Below are positions 61,987 to 64,000 of a stretch of DNA of 64,000 nt, in pieces. The translations under genes and the position numbers were made by a program. The notes below the pieces were generated by a model that had not been told where the DNA came from, made no database searches, and saw only the letters and a program-made list of their open reading frames with translations. The DNA is from Balanoglossus misakiensis. Taxonomy: Eukaryota; Animalia; Hemichordata. The stretch spans positions 920,783-984,782 of the forward strand of contig CM082580.2 of NCBI GenBank assembly GCA_040954595.2, in the 5' to 3' direction. Position 1 is the first letter of the stretch, and every line of letters begins with the position of its first letter.

Positions 61987-62919
61987 CAAAATCTCAATAT
62001 TTCGTCGATTTTGAAAAAAATCATGGGTTCTTGCAAAATCTCAAAATTTCGTCGATTTTGAAAAAAATCATGGGTTCGTTGAATTTTGAAAAAAAAAACA
62101 TGGATGAAAATCATCAAAAAATGACAAATTTTCGACTTTGCAAAATCTCAAAATTTCGTCGATTTTGGAAAAAAATCATGGGTTCGTCGATTTTTGCAAA
62201 AAATCATGGGTGAAAATCATCAAAAAATGACAAATTTTCGACTTTGCAAAATCTCAAAATTTCGTCGAATTTGAAAAAAATCATGGGTTCTTGCAAAATC
62301 TCAAAATTTCGTCGATTTTGAAAACAATCATGGGTTCGTTGAATTGTGAAAAAAAACATGGATGAAAATCATCAAAAAATGACAAATTTTCGACTTTGCA
62401 AAATCTCAAAATTTCGTCGATTTTGAAAAAAAATTATGGGTTCGTCGATTTTTGAAAAAAAAAAATGGGTGAAAATCATCAAAATGACCAATGTTCGACT
62501 TTGCAAATCTCAAAATTTCGTCGATTTTTGAAATAAAAAATCATGGGCTATAGCTCATGAAAATCATCAACAAATGTCAAATTTTCAACTTTGCGAAATC
62601 TCAAAATATCGTCGATTTTTGAAAAAAAAACATGGGTTCGTCGATTTTGAAAAAAAAATCATGGGCTATAGCTCATGAAAATCATCAACAAATGTCAAAT
62701 TTTCAACTTTGCGAAATCTCAAAATTTCGTCGATTTTGAAAAAAATTATGGGTTCGTCGATTTTTGAAAAAAATCATGGGTGAAAATCATCAAAAAATGA
62801 CAAATTTTCGACTGCAAAATCTCAAAATTTCGTCGATTTCGAAAAAAATCATGGGTTCGTCGATTTTTGAAAAAAAAAACATGGGTGAAAATCATCAAAA
62901 AATTACAAATTTTCGACTT
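61987..62919 (-). repeat. Inverted, more diverged segment of the 78-bp satellite
   Basis: Monomers read as the reverse complement (TTTGCAAAATCTCAAAATTTCGTCGATTTT...CATGGGTGAAAATCATCAAAAAATGACAAATTTTCGAC). Confidence 0.96.
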
Positions 62920-62920
62920 A

Positions 62921-63760
62921 GTGTGGTATGATGTGTATTCCCGTAGGATTTTTGTGCTAAAATTGATTTTTTTGCTGTTTTGGCTTCTACGGGGACCCAA
63001 CTACCCGAAAATGATGGGGTGCAATTTTAAGGGCCCCTCCATCATATTTTTCTGGGGGGGGTACTTCCGTTTTGTGGTATGATGTGTATTCCCGTAGGAT
63101 TTTTCTGCTAAAATTGATTTTTTTTGCTGTTTGGCTTCAATGGGGACCCAACTACCCAAAAATCATGGGGTGCAATTTTTAGGGCCCCTCCATCAATTTT
63201 TTTCGGGGGGTCTCTTCTGTTTTGGTCACTCGAGGATATTTGTTCACCTATTTACTCTATCATCATGGGAATTTGGGCTACAATTAATTTGTTTTTGTTG
63301 TGTTTGCTTTGGAGGAGACCAACCTGGCCAAAAATAATCGGGTGCAAATTATAGGGCCCCTCCATCATTTTTTATTTGGGGGGGGGCACTTCCATTTTGG
63401 CCACTCCGAAGTTGTTTGTTGGCCTATTTACTCCCTTCTCATAGAATATTTTGCTAAAAATATTATTTTTCTTTGATGTTTTGGTTTCAATGGGGCTCCA
63501 CCAGAACTAAAATGATGGGGTTCAAATTTTTGGAACCTTCCATCATGTCTTGGGGGGGGGGAGGGTAATCATTTCTGTTTTGGCCACCCTGAAGATACTT
63601 ATTCACCTATTTACTATACGGTTAGTATTGTCGTGGTATTTCTTGCAATTTGGTTTGCTCCTTTGGCTTGAATGCAGACTGACTGCCGAAAAGTGATGGT
63701 GTGCAAAATGTTGGACCCCTTTACCACATTTTTTGGTGGGGGGGGGGGTTCTCTATATTT
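62921..63760. repeat. Decaying ~150-180-bp tandem repeat, ~5 copies
   Basis: A GGGTGCAATTTT...GGGCCCCTCCATCA...G-run anchor recurs at ~63031, 63182, 63354, ~63533 and ~63713. The first two copies are near identical (151-bp period) and later ones are increasingly diverged. Confidence 0.85.
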
Positions 63761-64000
63761 GTTTTCGCCAACCCGTTGTAACAGTAGTTTTTTTTTATCT
63801 TAGATTTTTTCGTTTATTCTAAATTTAGTATACTAAGGTAAATTAAAACTCCTTTATATATAATAAAGTACATAATGTGTATTTTAGTTTATTTTCCGAG
63901 CTACAGTCCCATCTCATAAAATGGACCCTTGAGGCACCCTCCCTACCACGGACGGTGCAATAAACAACCCAAGAAGCATAACGATTCTTTTCTGATATCT

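Noticed and set aside
23710-63082. Dozens of 60-160-aa K/F/I-rich ORFs (e.g. KKIMGENHQKMTNFRLCKISKFRRFL repeats)
   Set aside because: They are translations of the 78-bp (26-codon) satellite and are broken at random by homopolymer length changes.

Overview
Eukaryotic, AT-rich, repeat-dominated DNA, probably from an animal genome (marine invertebrate-like; this is an inference). There are no prokaryotic genes, RNA genes or CRISPR arrays. Bases 1-20814 are a nested, tandem cluster of Helentron/Helitron2-type rolling-circle transposons. The main element is about 19 kb long and apparently intact (1820-20814). It has a 5' hairpin/subTIR GGGGCACAAGC and a 3' subTIR followed by a GCTGCTTGCAGC stem-loop and TTTAAT. 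It encodes an uninterrupted 2481-aa OTU protease-Zn finger-HUH Rep-Pif1 helicase-APE-type endonuclease protein on the minus strand. Upstream of that ORF are candidate in-frame microexons and an ETS/CRE promoter. The element also holds a decayed duplicate of the endonuclease tail and three small TIR/foldback insertions. Head-to-tail on its left is a short deletion derivative. Both copies carry a sister-family non-autonomous element inserted in the same T-run next to the 5' hairpin. The cluster ends in a T-run of a ~131-bp satellite (20815-23800). That satellite joins through a shared ATCGACG motif to a ~39-kb array of a 78-bp A/T-tract satellite with layered higher-order repeats. The array flips orientation at a spacerless palindrome (61986/61987). 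The last ~1 kb holds decaying 150-180-bp repeats and a hairpin that may be another element end. Helentrons are a known group; the less expected parts are the repeated family-into-family targeting, the microexon-encoded N-terminus and the association with satellite DNA.
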